Shown one piece after another: positions 1 to 14,274 of a stretch of 64,000 nucleotides of DNA. Origin of the DNA: Phoronis australis. Its lineage: Eukaryota > Animalia > Phoronida. Below the pieces are notes generated by a model, which searched no databases, was not told where the DNA came from, and was given only the letters and a program-made list of their open reading frames with translations. Each line of letters begins with the position of its first letter. Position 1 is the first letter of the stretch. The translations under genes were made by a program, and so were the position numbers. The stretch spans positions 432,617-496,616 of the forward strand of contig NMRA01000007.1 in assembly GCA_002633005.1 (NCBI GenBank). Reading direction: 5' to 3'.

Positions 1-989
1 CCCCCCCAGTTCTAAAACCAGACCCAAACACGTTACCCCCAGCCGCCGCGTTTGGATATACATTATAAGGAAAGCGCTACCCCATAGCACTTGAGAAGAG
101 CGTTTGTCGTATATTATGCGAGTAGTTAAGCCCATGGGCGTATGTTCGAAAGTGCACCTATACCCATAATGAGGGACATGCCCAAGTCACGCGCCTGTGA
201 CACCCATCTGCAAAAACAAGCGAAACTTGGGTACATACGCCGTCCCATATCAGAAACGAGTAAACATTTTTCTTAAAAAAGAAAATCAAATATAGGCACA
301 TGGGCCGAAATACGAGCATATAAGTGCAGGCTCAAAACAATCACTTGTAGACGCAATTCCTTATACAGTTATATAGGTGAGTGTTATCAACTGGATGTTT
401 AGCGTTTTTATCAATTCTTTGTATTTTTCAATTATCTTATTAATCTAAAGCTGTAGGCGTAATAAATCGATTTCAACCAAAAATGAGTTTTGATTTAATG
501 GCCAGACCACTCATAGAATTAGTTCCAACTTGTTCTTAACTCAAATTAAAGGTGATTAGTTCTCAATGGACTTAGAATTTTGTTATTGCACGAGACCATT
601 CAAGAAATTGGCTTGTATCTTATGCGCCGTGCATGGGCTCAAGCAATAAGGGATAGTCAGACGAGTTTTTCCCTCTAACCTCAGAAACTTCTCATTTGAG
701 TGAGGAAAACGTTAAAACCGGTAAAGCGGTAAGTTCTAAGTCAAAATCGGTTTTATAGCAGGTGTCTGTTACATGGTAAGTGACTTTAGATTAAATTTAG
801 AAACTTAGTCTGAATAAATATCAAATCTCACTTGAGCAAAAATTTTAGGTCTTTAAGATTATACACACAAATGCTAGTCATCCATTGGATAATTTCTAAG
901 TTTATTTCCAGGCTGTGATACGCTCATAAGTCCTTGACCGTCAAGTGAGAGCGTTATACCAGATTCTGTTCAAAGTCCTAGGATTGTGC

Positions 990-1375
990 AGGATCCAAGT
1001 AAAATGTCCAAATTGAATAAATTTGTAACATCGTATCTCAGAAATGACTGATCTGATTGATATGTAACTTTCATACACTATGCTTCGTACATAATTGTTC
1101 TCCAAAACAATTTGGAGAAATGCAGCAGCGTTTCTGGCATTTCATTAGGAACATTTATATCAAATGAAATTTGGCCATGTTATTGATACGGTTGCTTTCA
1201 GTGAACATTCCTCTTTTGCTAAATTTTACTAACTTAAGAAGACAAGGCCACGTGACCCAATTAATGGCAGATTGGTAATAATCTAATTCTACGGATTTTC
1301 TACTTTAGGAAAATATATACATTACTTTTACCAAGTTAAAAGCGATAGTTTTGTGCGTAACTGGCTGTATGCATC
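990..1375 (+). repeat. Old dispersed ~400-500 bp repeat family; other copies at ~20215-20690, 24880-25330, 34020-34530, 60465-60705
   Basis: Shared blocks AAATGTCCAAATT, GAAACTTTCA..TGTTCTCCAAAA, AAATTTGG(C/T)CATG, GG(C/T)CACGTGAC..TTAATG.CAGAT and TACTTT.AG.AAATATA.AC. Confidence 0.7.
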
Positions 1376-2359
1376 TACTTGTCGATAAAGTTATTCTACA
1401 TAAACTTTTTTGAAACAAACCCTAGAACTCAAAGCGCTTACCTTTACTCATTCACTCATGCATAATCTTAAATTAAATCACTGGCTTTTCTCTGTTTCGC
1501 ATCAATGACGCATAGAACTAAAAAAAAATTCGTTTGGCGCTTCCTAAATGGGGGCAAATACGGTAAACCACTTTAACACACAAAACACAAACATTAGTGA
1601 ACATAAACAATCGATGTATTGAAAAAATAATGCATAGACTGATGTAGGCCTAATTATTGCAAAATTGACAGAATAATTTTTCAAGGCTCGGAGTGCTAAT
1701 GATCAGTCCGAGTTAGCAAGCGGGCGGAACTGTTCAGTAACCTAAACTCAATTGAAAATTCACACAGCAAATTTGAAAGATATAATTTCCCAAAGAGCAA
1801 CTGACCAAGTGAAATTAAAATCCACACAGTGCTCGTTTCGCACGCTTTTGACCATTCTATAGGATATAATTTTCGTATCTTGAGTTTGGTCCCGCCTTAG
1901 ACCAAAATGAATATTTTTTCAAGAATCTAGGCTCTTACAAAGGCGGTACTCACAGTCACCAGAATCATTAAAACATTTGCTCAATTACGAACGCACTGTA
2001 GCAAATTTTCCCATTCGTTCCAGATAACTGGACACAGTCACCCTCTTCCTATAAAACCTGCTTGCCAGGAGATAAGACTCCGGCGCTTTTCCCTAAACTG
2101 GGTGAACTGCGAGGCCAGCCTGGGCCTCTGAGAGGTTGGTCCGTGAAATGATGTGTCCGGCTGCCAAAGAGTTCCTCTGTTGAACATTCCAAAAAATCAT
2201 AAGCAGCGTAAGATAAACAACTGAAACAAAACTTCGCGTTTACGTTTTGTATTATTCCGAATGAATGGATTCCGCAATCCCCGTCTCTTGGCGTGTATGA
2301 ATAACTGGGAAGTACTGGTCTAAAGCGCTCATATAAGCACGATGACATTATTGTAATGT

Positions 2360-2835
2360 TAATATGTCACGTGATTTGTGCTTGACTGGATTGGTTAGAG
2401 TAGTGTTAATTTGCATGAGAAACATCAATGTAATATATCAGACGGTAATGATTTGGGATCAGGTGCGTGACGTCGAGAATAAAATCACTCTTTCCACTTT
2501 GTTTCACTATTCTTCGAAAAAATAAGCAAAATACTACATCTCTGAGGCAACAAATTATATTAGCACCAATTTCACTCACTGACACACTGTAAACTTTTGC
2601 TCACACATTATAAACGTTAAAATCATTGCGCTAATTTGTTTAAATCACTTTTGTCTGTAACGTTGTTTTATGCTCTTTGACACAAGTATTGTAATACAAA
2701 CAGACAATAAAAGGTCTTCCTAAAATTGGTGCAAGATTCTCACCCACATGAATGCACCATTGGTACAATTATGGAACTACGTTTCCTGTGGCGCAAGGAT
2801 ACATACGCTGCGTTAACCGGTATTTCCTGTGTTGG
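2360..2835. promoter_or_regulatory. Putative SPRED proximal (possibly bidirectional) promoter
   Basis: GTCACGTGA E-box (2366), ATTGG/CCAAT box (2390), TGACGTCG CRE-like site (2468) and two TTTCCTGT ETS-like sites (~2782, ~2824) directly upstream of exon 1. Confidence 0.45.
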
Positions 2836-2916
2836 GATTTTATGTAGTTTAGTGTATATGTATATTTTATATTTAGGTTGATTAAATGAATTCATGAACA
2901 TGGAGACAGATGAAGA

Positions 2917-2942
2917 ATGAGCGAAGAGTCCGATACTAAGGA
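2917..2942 (+). CDS. SPRED: SPRED exon 1 (MSEESDTK-E)
   Basis: ATG AGC GAA GAG TCC GAT ACT AAG GA followed by a perfect GTGAGT donor at 2943. Phase 2 matches the acceptor at 21000. The peptide and ~26-nt length resemble vertebrate SPRED first exons (MSEET/MTEET). Confidence 0.8.
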
Positions 2943-5900
2943 GTGAGTAGATAGATGTTGTATGATGGTATCATGTTTGTGTATGAGCTTAAAACGTCGT
3001 GTACTGTCGAGTTACGACTTGACCGCAAGACGACAGCCGCAGCAAAAGTACGTAAACGCATCGGAGTTTGTCCGATTTCCTCTTCACTGACACCCGTTCG
3101 GAAATAATTAACGTTTTCAATGAACGTATTCGTGGACCCTGTGACAGCTAGTTACCGTGTCGAGGAGTGTACGACAAGATCGAAGGGTAAAACGTTTGCG
3201 ATTCTGCACATGTGAGCCAGAGATGGGAGAAGGCGCCATATTGTGTAGTGATGTAACATAGTCTTCATTCATAAATCCTTGTGAATGATTGCGCTGGCGA
3301 GATCACCAGACTGTGCGACTAGTTGTTGATCAGTGCAATATGTCATTCATTGGTGTTTAACTAAATGTTATACATGTCAGTGCAGCTTCTGGGAACCAGG
3401 ATGCAAGGTGACAAATAGTTAGTTGGTTAAAATGATGTATGTGACAAGTTTAGATATAAATGACAAGCCCTATTACACTGGTTAAAGAGGGCTGGTACAT
3501 CTCACCTAAATGAATTCAAATTTTCTAGTAATCTGATATAAATGTGATAGCTGGCACATGGCAAAAAGTGAGCAATGGTAAAATTGTTAGTGTCTATCGA
3601 TGGCACTGCTGACCTTATTGAAGTTGCACAAACAGTTATCACATTCAAAAAAACCTAGCCACTTGTAAATCAAATGCTTGTCTTTTTGATTACCACTGAT
3701 TAGTGTTTAAACCTTGATTTTTGAACTTTAACCTGGGACTTTTCACTGACAGGTGTATTTTGGTTATTTGAAATTTTCTTCTGAGAAATTTTAATTAAAA
3801 CTAAAATTTTATTTTAAATCCTATACATATTTAAAATCTTGGTGAGAACAGATGGCCTTGTTTTGTTTGCTAATTTCATTTTTGAATGATTTTTCTTTAA
3901 TTTAGCTATATAAATGAATACTCTGACGTAGTGAACTAAATTCTAAATGGAATGTTGTTGGACTCTCGTATTCTGATAACGTGTTTGGAAGATGACCTGA
4001 TTTTCACTATGTTTTCTTGTTTACGAAATATTTAGAACAGATTAAAAAAGTTCATGTGGATTATTTTTGAAAAGAAATTTTTGGGCTTGTGGTCCAGAAA
4101 TTATTTTTTTCTGATCATCTGAAACAGCTAACTCCTTTGATAAGCAAAATGTCCGTCTAATTTTTTGAAGTTTTGATAAAGTTTTTCAAAATAGTTTCGA
4201 TGATTATATTGTGGTTTTGCTATTTAGAGCACAATTGTGTAATTTGACATGCCAAAAATTAATTTTGTTGTCTGTATTACTGCATGAATTTAGGTCACTT
4301 TGTATGAATCTTCGGGAAGTTTTTAAGAACATTATTCCAAATGTGTTGTATCACTAAAGATTGAGATTTGAGTCCTGTAGTTCCAAAACGGAACTTACAA
4401 ATGTATATGTATGGGTTTTCCCCTCAGGTGACATAGTAAAATTGTTTTTGGCATGAAATATGTATAAGTCCCCATTCAGATAACTTTATAATTTTTTTCA
4501 ACTTTGATAACTTCCAAAAATAGCCAATGGTCATTTAGTCATAAAATAACTGCAAATTTTTATTCATGAAAAATAATATATGAATTGATATATATTCACT
4601 TGCAGTGAAATAAATCATCTAGATATACTTATGTCTATTTAAACTGCTTTAATACCCTGCATCTTTTGACAGTGTAATCTTTTAATATTCGCCGTAATGT
4701 TTGGAATGATGATTCATACCAGTGCCGATCTGCCATTCAACCTGATATCAAAAGCGGTTTCCTGTAAGTTCCTAGACGCTCATAAATCTTCTGCGCTCGA
4801 AACTTGCAATTTGTCGCAATAGGCAACAAAATGTTTCGTGGTTGATTTGAATATCTCTTTAATTTTAGATTTATTTGATTTTGCCAATGGCATGTAGCCT
4901 AGTATATGTAGCTGCAAAATACATAGGTTAGTGCTATGTGCGTGGCAAGCACCTTTGTGATCAGGACAAAACAAAATAACAACCGTGTATCATCACGAGT
5001 GGCAATAGTCTTTGTGAGTTCTTGTAGTTAGTATAAGGTGTTTTATGCAACCATTTACATGCTAACATAACCGAATTTGAAAATTTTCTCTTTGTGTTTG
5101 TATTTTAATGAATGTTAACACCATTGCAATGGATTAATGATGAAAGACAGGTCTGTGAATTTTGATTTTCATGTTACAATCAATTAGGCGAATCTAGCAC
5201 AATTTCCGAAAGTCAAACACCATTTAAAGCTATATAGCATGTTTGATCATAAAATTTCCATTGCATGTTCTACCTGGATTGTGCTTCTGTTGTCTTGGAA
5301 ACCGTGAAGAATGCTTGTGCTATTTCCTAGCAACCATTTGTCAACTCAAGAGATGTACAATGTTCCCCTGTAAGTCGATTGGTAAAATTCAGTCAGCATG
5401 AATTGATGAGATATCAGTTAGTGACCCAAAGTTTTGCCCAACTTTTGAAACTTTGGCAGCAGTTCAAAACAGTCGCAAATCAATGTTTTTGTAACAAATT
5501 GTGTTCGTGGGGGTAACTTCACTTGTGCTGTATTGAACTTGGACTGTTTTAACACATTTCACTGCAGATTTATACTCATAAAATAAATGGAAATAACTTG
5601 GAATAGAAGGAGTCAAATCAATCGGTTGTGTCTCAGTGTTACAGCTGAGTGTTATCATCAACGAAATTTAAAGTTTGTTTTCGCTGGCTTAATCAGCAGA
5701 CATTGGAAAAGAGTATCGAAATGTCCCTTTCTCACTTTTATTGGCATTTCACTGTTTCAGGTAGTTTCAACCAGTGGGAACGCTTGCATTCAGTGTTGCA
5801 TCGAAATTAAAATTAAAATAGCGAGTACTTGTAATAAACAGGTGGATTACAACTTACACTGAAACATCTACATATTGCTACAGTTGAAATGTTCAACTTC

Positions 5901-7980
5901 GACCTGGTCAGCAGATTTAGTTTTAACATTTGCAAACTATGCTTTGTTTGCATGTTTGTAAATTCATCATTCTGTTACTGTAAGCGTTTCTTTTCAGTCA
6001 TTATCTGAATATGTGGTTTGATTATTCTTATTAAAAAATTATACTAAAAACTGCATTTTCTCAGTATTTAGCTGTCAAAAAGGAAAAATGAATTAAGCCT
6101 CTTATGCTTGTAGAATCACACTCCTAATATTCCTTTGTTCTTACCACGATTGGACTTGATTTCCATTACCAACAAGAATATTGTGACCAACAGCGACTCA
6201 ACAGACTGCTTCAGGGTTCATTGGGGTTCGTCAAGCCTAAAATTGCAAATTCGAAAATGGCACATTCTTCTGAGATAAAAATCCCAGCGCTACCTTGGGA
6301 TAAATTCACTGTTCCTCTCACTGCTTGGGAATATTTGTGATGCTGGTTTGTACAAAAGCTACAGTAATGGGAAACCTCATGTTAACTTTAGTTGTAGGTT
6401 AGATCAAAGCATATCTCGTAGCGGATTAACTCAATGGGAAAGGCGCTTTAGTGTCTAAGTGATCACAAAGGCGCCTTCACCACTGGTTTGCTGACATGGC
6501 CGGATGAAAAGGAAGTGAAACTGTGTTTGAACTGTCCAATGGGATGCTGCATTCACAGACTCTGATTTGGAGAATTTAGTTCAGGAAAGCTGCGTCGGAT
6601 TTTTTTCATCTCATATATGACTTCTGTGTCAGCACCTAGTGTTGGAAAGCAAAAGTCTGTGAATTTTGTCAAATCTGATGACATTGCACTACAGATAATT
6701 GGTAGTGTTGTGTCCAACCTTTGGAGGTCCTGTGAACTTTTATTTACTGACACTTCTTTCTTCATTAAATCTGAAGCTCTGGGGTTGGATTTTGTACATA
6801 GACAATTGGAGTTTAAAAGCCATTGGCTTGTAGTTCCTATCACCGTTGTTATCAGTAGGTCAGGATTGAGGCACAGCCACATGGTCACTTTCAGCATATG
6901 TGTTCTTAGTAATTAACTTGATTATCAAACCAAGGCTTGCTAGCTGACTTGTCCATGGTGGTTCAAAAAAGATTTTTTCGTTACTATGGTTTTATTTGTA
7001 CCAGCTCATCCTCCTTATCACTTTTAAAAAAATGGCTCATTCAAGTTTTCTGTTACTAACTAAATGGGATTTTTGTCAAAAATGCATATTTTATGTTTGA
7101 GTGGAAACACAAGTTTGGATCAGTTGCTTTATAGAAACTGTCAAGTTACTATCCTACTATCTTTCCATATTTCCATGTCTTGTTTGTTTGCATTAAGACA
7201 TTAATTTAAAACAGTCTGAACCTATTAGGAAGTACAGTCTAGCTGTAAACAGCTGAGCTGAGCTCCCCACATCGAAGCAAGCAGCCATCCAGCAGGCAGT
7301 CATAACTGATTATAGGCCTGATAAATTAAGTGGAGGTGTTGGTTGCCAGATACAAGCTCACTCACTTGCTCACACACACATGCACACATACACATTGACA
7401 CACCTACTGCTATTTTTGTTAACTCCCCAGACCTCGTTAATCATCTTAATCACAATGCTTTAGGTCATTTATAGTCTATCAAATACTTGTGATTGACATC
7501 AAAAGTCATATGAATGGGATGAAATAAAAATGAATCGTAGGCAAGATTACCAGTGTTAAATTGGTAGGCTGTCTGGTTAATTTCTGTAGCCCATTTGTGC
7601 ATGGCGTCTACCCTCTCATTTTGTGTAAAGTAAAGTTTTTTCAAAAACTGGTAGTGCGAAAAGTAAACAAAGATTCCAGTGATGGACAGTTGTTGTTCCA
7701 GAGAGGTCAGGGCATGTGACATCAGAAAGGTCAATTCTGGGTGAGGACAAATGTTACTGAATTGATTTGTTTACAAAAAACTGTAATTCTGTGTGTTGTT
7801 GAAGTCTCTAAAAATTGTTGGAAATGAATCATGCAATCTTAACTAAAAGAACTAGTTGGAAGGGTTAAACGAGGAAATAGGTTTCACGTATCTTGTTGGC
7901 TACAAGTCAGTAGTTAAGCCTTTATAAAACTTGTTCTGTTGTCAAAAATGACTTTCTTCCATAGCAACACCATTGTGTTT

Positions 7981-8582
7981 TTTTATCATTTGCTTGAGTT
8001 GCAATGAAACACCTGTGACTGGTTGCATGAGACAGTCCTCAGACAGACTCAACTTTGTTCCCAATGTTTTCAGCGGATTTGTACGTTTTGTTTAAATTTT
8101 TAAATTCTTTAATGTTATATTTTTCTGCCCTTCTATCTTTGTGCCAAATTCCTCTTTTGCTTAAGGACGTTTTCNTCTTCGTCATCATCTCCGTCTTTTC
8201 CTTAATTTCGCCAAGTGTCGCTCAAGACTAGCCTTTTTCTTACTGATTTCGGACTCCTACGTTCGTCATGTGTATGTTATTAACTTCTTTTGTTCATCCT
8301 CACCACCATCTTCGTCATATTCGTCATCTTCGTCATCATCTTTATCGTCATCTTTTTGGTTAATTTCGCCAAGGTTCGCTCCTCGGAGCGCTTTCATTTT
8401 ATCATTTGCTTGAGTTGCAATGAAATACCTGTGACTGGTTGCATGAGACAGTCCTCAGACAGACTCAACTTTGTTCCCAATGTTTTCAGCAGATTTGTAC
8501 GTTTTGTTTAAATTCTTTAATGTTATATTTTTCTGCCCTTCTATCTTTGTGCCAAATTCCTCTTTTGCTTAAGGACGTTTTC
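7981..8582 (+). repeat. ~190-bp direct duplication (7981-8174 and 8397-8582) flanking an N join
   Basis: Near-identical copies; the first ends exactly at N8175. Confidence 0.9.
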
Positions 8583-9035
8583 TGATTATTTATCTGAAAA
8601 CTGAACCCTTATTTCACTGAGTATAAATAGGGACTTTAAATTGTGGAGTTGCATGAAAAGGTCTATATAGTTTGCACTTGAGATATATCACAGCTAATGC
8701 TTGACGTAGCAATGGACATAAAATAGTATAAGAAAGGACAATCAGTATTTGCACAAAGTCCACAAATACGCTGAAAATTTACAGAACTTAACTGAATCCC
8801 TATTGTTAACGTTTCATGCGGCAGTAGTCGGATATATCGTGCTCACATTTTCAGAACCAGTTTGGTGCCTGTAATGCAGTGGAGAAAACTGGTTCTCAAA
8901 TTGCAGGCTCGTTATATCGGGCTATTTCCGTTTCGCTGACGGCTGTACTGGTTAATCTGCTGAAACCTAACCATAGTGGCAGAATAAGCAAAGTTTATGA
9001 GCCAATAACGAATAGTCATGAGTTAAGAAATCATT

Positions 9036-9427
9036 TCTAATAGGATTGTCCCGGATTACATGGCGATAGAACTCTTCTTTGTCTCGCGTGAGTTGGTTTT
9101 GGAAATCAAGTACATTTTCGTGTCTCTCATTGATGTCAGGAAGGCGAAAAATTTCAGATCACGCATCCAAGGAGATTTGTCCAGTTTATCAAACTTTCTC
9201 ACGTCGGAGTTGTTATACTTTGTTGACACTGGAAAGACAAATAAAGCAATGCAACTGTGAAAAACTTGTAAAGAATCAGACAACAACAAATAATTTGTGA
9301 AACCCCAGTGGCACGAAAATGCGACATCAAATGTGCCTGACTGATGTTTGCGGCATTGTGGGTAAATACAGCGAGATTTGAGTGTCACTGTGTAATCCAG
9401 GACGTAATCCAGGACAGCCCCATTAGA
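9036..9427. mobile_element. MITE-like element with 24-bp imperfect inverted termini
   Basis: TCTAATAGGATTGTCCCGGATTAC versus the reverse complement of GTAATCCAGGACAGCCCCATTAGA. Confidence 0.55.
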
Positions 9428-12127
9428 ACAAAATGAGATCAATTTTATAACGGCGAGTGGCCTGATTCAAAGGTTGCTTTTCTGACAGAAGACAGTTTAT
9501 TACTCCTTTAGTCAATTAAACTTAATCTAGTTTCCTAGTTTTCATTTCCATTGGTTATGGATAGTATAAAAGTGTTTCCATATCAGTGAAATATGTTTCA
9601 GATTACATTACATGTTTACTGTGCTATTTGGTGATTTCCTCTAGAGAGAAAGCGCATGACACGGATGCATCTGACCACTCGTCCCGCCTCTGCTTATATA
9701 GCTATGGGGAAATCTGGTTCTTGACATCCTGTGAGGAAGTCAGCACAGTTTAATATCAATTCACCGCTTTTCTAAATCACTAGTAATAAATTGCGTTGAT
9801 CTAAACTGTCAGTTTTGTGTTGGTATTAAGTGTCTTCAGAGGTGCATCCGTTGGGTCAAGAGAGGCTTGTGGAAGAAATTCAGTTGTCTTTGGCATGCAC
9901 ACTGTTGTCGTATGTGTTTGTATCCGGATTAGATCATCTCTAATTGTTGGAACCTGATTTTTGGTGGTGACAGTTAAGATCCCGATATACAGTTTGGTCT
10001 TCACCAAAATTCCGGGATATTTCATTTCTTCTCAAGTTCACTTACATGGGGTTTAAGACCAATTTCAGCATTCTCCACAAATGAAAATTTCCTAATGCTC
10101 TAACGCGACTGGAATTACTAAATTCATGTCCATGTTTGAAAGTTCAGTCTTAGAATAAATGCATTGAAGGGGTACTAAAAATCCAAAATGTCTTAATTTT
10201 CTTAAAAATGATGACTAATCTCCCAATATTTGAAATTTGTTGCTTACGTTTTCAAACTTGGCACAAGTAAGCCAAGCTTACTACGACAATTCAAACTCAA
10301 CAAAGTGACATGTCAAAACATATTGCAGAGAACATCAAACATTTTTGAAAGCTTTCGATGTGTATGCCCGTAGTTTCTCAAAATATTCAAAACATCTGAC
10401 AGTAGTTGTGGTACATAGAATTTGACAATGATGTATTTAGTACTGTCGTACTTTTATGAAAAACATCGAAAAAATGTAATCTCACTTGTCCGCTGTTCTG
10501 TTCTAAATTGATGAGAATTTACCTTACTAAATTTGTTTTGGTTGTTCTTCCATCTTTCAGGATGTTGGAGAGCAAAGGATAAAATATAACTTCTTAATCC
10601 TTTAATAAACCCGCTGTCTGTCCCAAGAAGTAAACTTTTAATTTAGGCTGCTATAAAATGGTTCTGAGCGTGTTCCTTCCTCAGCAGGGTACAAGTTGTC
10701 ACTTGTTTTGAAGCCTGAAATTAAAAAATTTCACTAAGGAACGATTTGAGACCAATATTATGAAAGTAAATGATCTAAAATTTATTTTTTGTGATGGAAA
10801 GCACATTTATTCCCACTTTAAAGGCCATGGAAGCCACTGGCAAGCAACTCTACCAAGCCACTGTTTTGTGCTAGCGGTAACCTAATTGACGAGACCTGGA
10901 CTGCGTTTGGGACAGAAATCACTTATGGAATGGAAACTGTTAATTCTATGGCAAAATTAAACATCCAACCTCACTGACCTGTCACTTCAGTGGGTGCCAT
11001 GTGGCTAGAGATTGCTAGTAAGCTCTCGAGTGTGCCCGCAAGAAACTTTCATTTGGCTCTCGTGATTTTGCGTGATCTTGCTTTTTCGCGATATATTTGC
11101 ATCCAGGGAATGCAGTCCTATGTTAGCTCTAACTAATGGGTAGGACATAGTTTGAATGTCGAACCACAGTTTTGATTTGGTTGTGAAAATACTGCGCACA
11201 AGATATTCATCAAGAGGAGGGCACGGGTAACCTTCATGTGAATTGTGTGATCATCACAAGTATACCACGTACCCGTTATATGTTTCATAAATCAAAAGAT
11301 GTTCAATTTCAAAAGTATAACTGTTTCTGCATTGATAAATCATACAATACAACTAGGGTCGGTGTGTACTTTGGACTTCGGACTCTTTACAGTAAAGTGC
11401 TGTCTTTTCACAAAAGCACATTCGAACGACACGTCTAGTACTTCAGTCTCTTAATTCTGGTTCTCCAAGGCAAATTCTTGATATTTGCAGCTATAACTAT
11501 AGATAGAAGTTATTAGTTTGTCTTTTTGCTTGTGTAGGCCCTTTTATACTGACTTAACTCCGGTAGGTGACGCTATTATCATTGAAGTTATCATAAGGTA
11601 GATTTTTTAATTTGACATTGAGGGAACATTTACATGTGTTAATTGATATAAAACTTATTTTTAATTCGATTGGTAATTATTCAAGCAAAATATAAGCAAC
11701 CATTGGCAATAACAGTGCCCTTTAATTGTTGATGATAACTGGCAGCTGGTGATAACTTTGATGGGACAGAAGGTGACCCTTCATACTGCACTGCAGTGTC
11801 AACGCTCCGCTGTTAAATCCACCTGTTTACTGCGATGTTAACTGGCATTACTACCCTCAATCCAGGACCGAAGTTAACGCTTCATACTGACTGCAACTCC
11901 CCAAAACATCGATGCATCGACGTTTGTATGAAAAGGCTTTTAAATGGAACCAACCCGTTTCTGATTATTCTAGATATACTTAGAGTAAGGTAACTCCCAC
12001 TCAGTCGCGTTTCCTCAATTATCTTTTTAGACAAGTGCTGGGTTTTATGTGTCCTCCAATTTCATCTTATATTTTTGACAAGTCTTATTGAAGTGATGTT
12101 ATCATCACGAAAAGTGGTAGATCAGCT

Positions 12128-12197
12128 CCAACACGGATTCAAACCTGGAACTTCTGCAGTTGCAGTCAAATGCTTGGCTGACTGAGCTAAACCCTAC
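12128..12197 (-). mobile_element. tRNA(Cys-like)-derived SINE head
   Basis: Minus strand TAGCTCAGTCAG..AGCATTTGACTGCAA..GGTTTGAATCC: A box, B box and a tRNA-Cys-like anticodon arm; stems degenerate. Confidence 0.55.
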
Positions 12198-13258
12198 TCG
12201 ATAAATGGCAGAGTATTGAAGCATTTCTAACTGGTCAAGTCACCAGCCTTCAAATGTAATAAAGTCCACAAAAACACAATGGATTTTGTTATTGTTTCAT
12301 AACTATGATCAAAGCTAATAACTTCACAAAGTCTATCCCACTTGACTGTAATTCCAAAAGTATGTTTTTATCCCTGTAAACAAGAATGTCCCTTTAAAAA
12401 TAGCCTAATATTCATCTTTCTTCTTTGACCTCTGCCACCAGTCGGTCAGAATAGTCATATCTGCTTCTTGTAACAGAAGGGACATTGTGCACTTTGACAT
12501 GATTTCTCATAATTGCTTTATTGAAATCTCTTTGACAAAGGAACCTGACCACATGATCAACCAAAGTTACTGTACTATGAAATACCACTTTACTTTTTTC
12601 AACAATCAAATTACGGTGCTCTAATGTCTTCCCCATTATGTCTTACAATCGTTTCGTATTTATAATTTACCAGCAGTCTTAGATGGAAAAATTGAACTAA
12701 ATCACTCTTCTTGTGAAACTAAAGAACTATTTCATTTTTACGTGACCTCTTATTGCTGCATTGAGATAATGTTGAGAAATAGGGATGTGAATTGTGAGCA
12801 CCATAAGTGTGTTTAATTGTGAAATGTATACAAGAAGGTAGATAGGACGTCACACATCATATGACAGATCAGACTCTTTTTTGTTCCCATTGGTGTCCTA
12901 TCTGCTGTCTCGCGCGTAATTAGCCTTAACAACATTAATGTGAAAAAAATAGTATTCTGGCCAATCGGGTGTGATCACCGTGGGTGAGCAGAACCTAACC
13001 ACAAAATCACGTCATTGGATACAGACTTGTGCCACCTGTTTTGGGGCCTGACAACGAGAAGGCTGGTCAGACCTCACGAGAATCTAACATCACATGACAT
13101 CTGATCATTGTTCTTTGACATCCAGTTGTAAAATTTTATTCCTTCCCAGAATTCCACAAGTGCTACCATGAGATAGACATGCGATGGAGATCGTCATGGG
13201 TGCTTGTCTTGTGAGGGAACACTCATCATTTTCCTTGCTGAAGATTTTTATATATGAT

Positions 13259-13507
13259 TACAGATTTGAAACAATCTTTAGAATTTGGGATGTGGAAACT
13301 CTCACGAAAAATTGAATTTCATTGATTCTGGAATTTGGGACAAGCGTAATTTTGGTGTTCACCATATTTCGGGCACTGTGTTTTCAATCTATTGAGTGGT
13401 GATTCTTTGGACATCTAATGTTGTCTATTTCTAGAATTTGGGACAAGCTCCAGTGTTGAGCAAAAAAAATTTTTTTCACTGTCCCAAATTCGAGAATTTT
13501 TATCGTA
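13259..13507. mobile_element. Second copy of the TTTGGGAC MITE family
   Basis: Repeated GAATTTGGGAC blocks and CACTGTCCCAAATTCGAGAATTTT end; aligns with 30471-30756. Confidence 0.7.
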
Positions 13508-14274
13508 CACTCAATTTGTGCATCATTCTTTGCTTCTGAGTATTGTCATTCGAAACGTGGGCGTCATGTCCCTTCCTGTAATCATGTTTCCTGATTCTGG
13601 GTACTGCGACAGTTCTCGTAGCTGTAGCATATTCCGACGAGTTCTGTTGTGGCTGCCATATTGTATTTGTTTGCAAATACGTGTGTATGAAGGTGACTTT
13701 GTAGCCACTTATTTGGCTTCACTATAAGAAGATTCATACCGTCTCGTATTGAATTAATATTTGTTTGTGTCGGGTGCATCCGATTCAGCTATTTTTTACA
13801 GACTAAATTTCTGCCCATTTTAAATCACTCTCATGAAACGAACCCCAGGGTGTCTACATGGACACCTTAGCTAGGACACCATTTCAACATCCTGCTAAGC
13901 ATTAGGACACCCATGTTGTTCATAAGTGTCTCTTCACTTTCTAACAGGAGCTCTGCGAGCTCATTGGCATCTTTAGAATAAAAAAGTTAAGGTGTGATGT
14001 AAGGCATGATTACACACCCATGTGTCCATACTTGTCTGCTTCCCGGTCTGTAAACCACTGTGAGGATCATCGTGAAGTTGTCAGATGTGTTTCTGTCGAG
14101 GAGAGGATTGCCAACATTAATATTTGGCTTGTTCTACTGCCGTGTCCTGAGCGGCAGTTGATATATTTTTTTGCGTCTGTCTCAGTATCTACCCAGTTGT
14201 TTTATGGTTCTTCATGAAGTTTGTCGTGAGGAAAGTATGGTATGGTTGGCGTTGATCTGCAATGGTGCACCTTA

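Noticed and set aside
9780-10030. Possible GIY-YIG remnant on the minus strand (KLYIG...RFQQ)
   Set aside because: Similarity is limited to a few residues across frameshifts and cannot be supported by eye.
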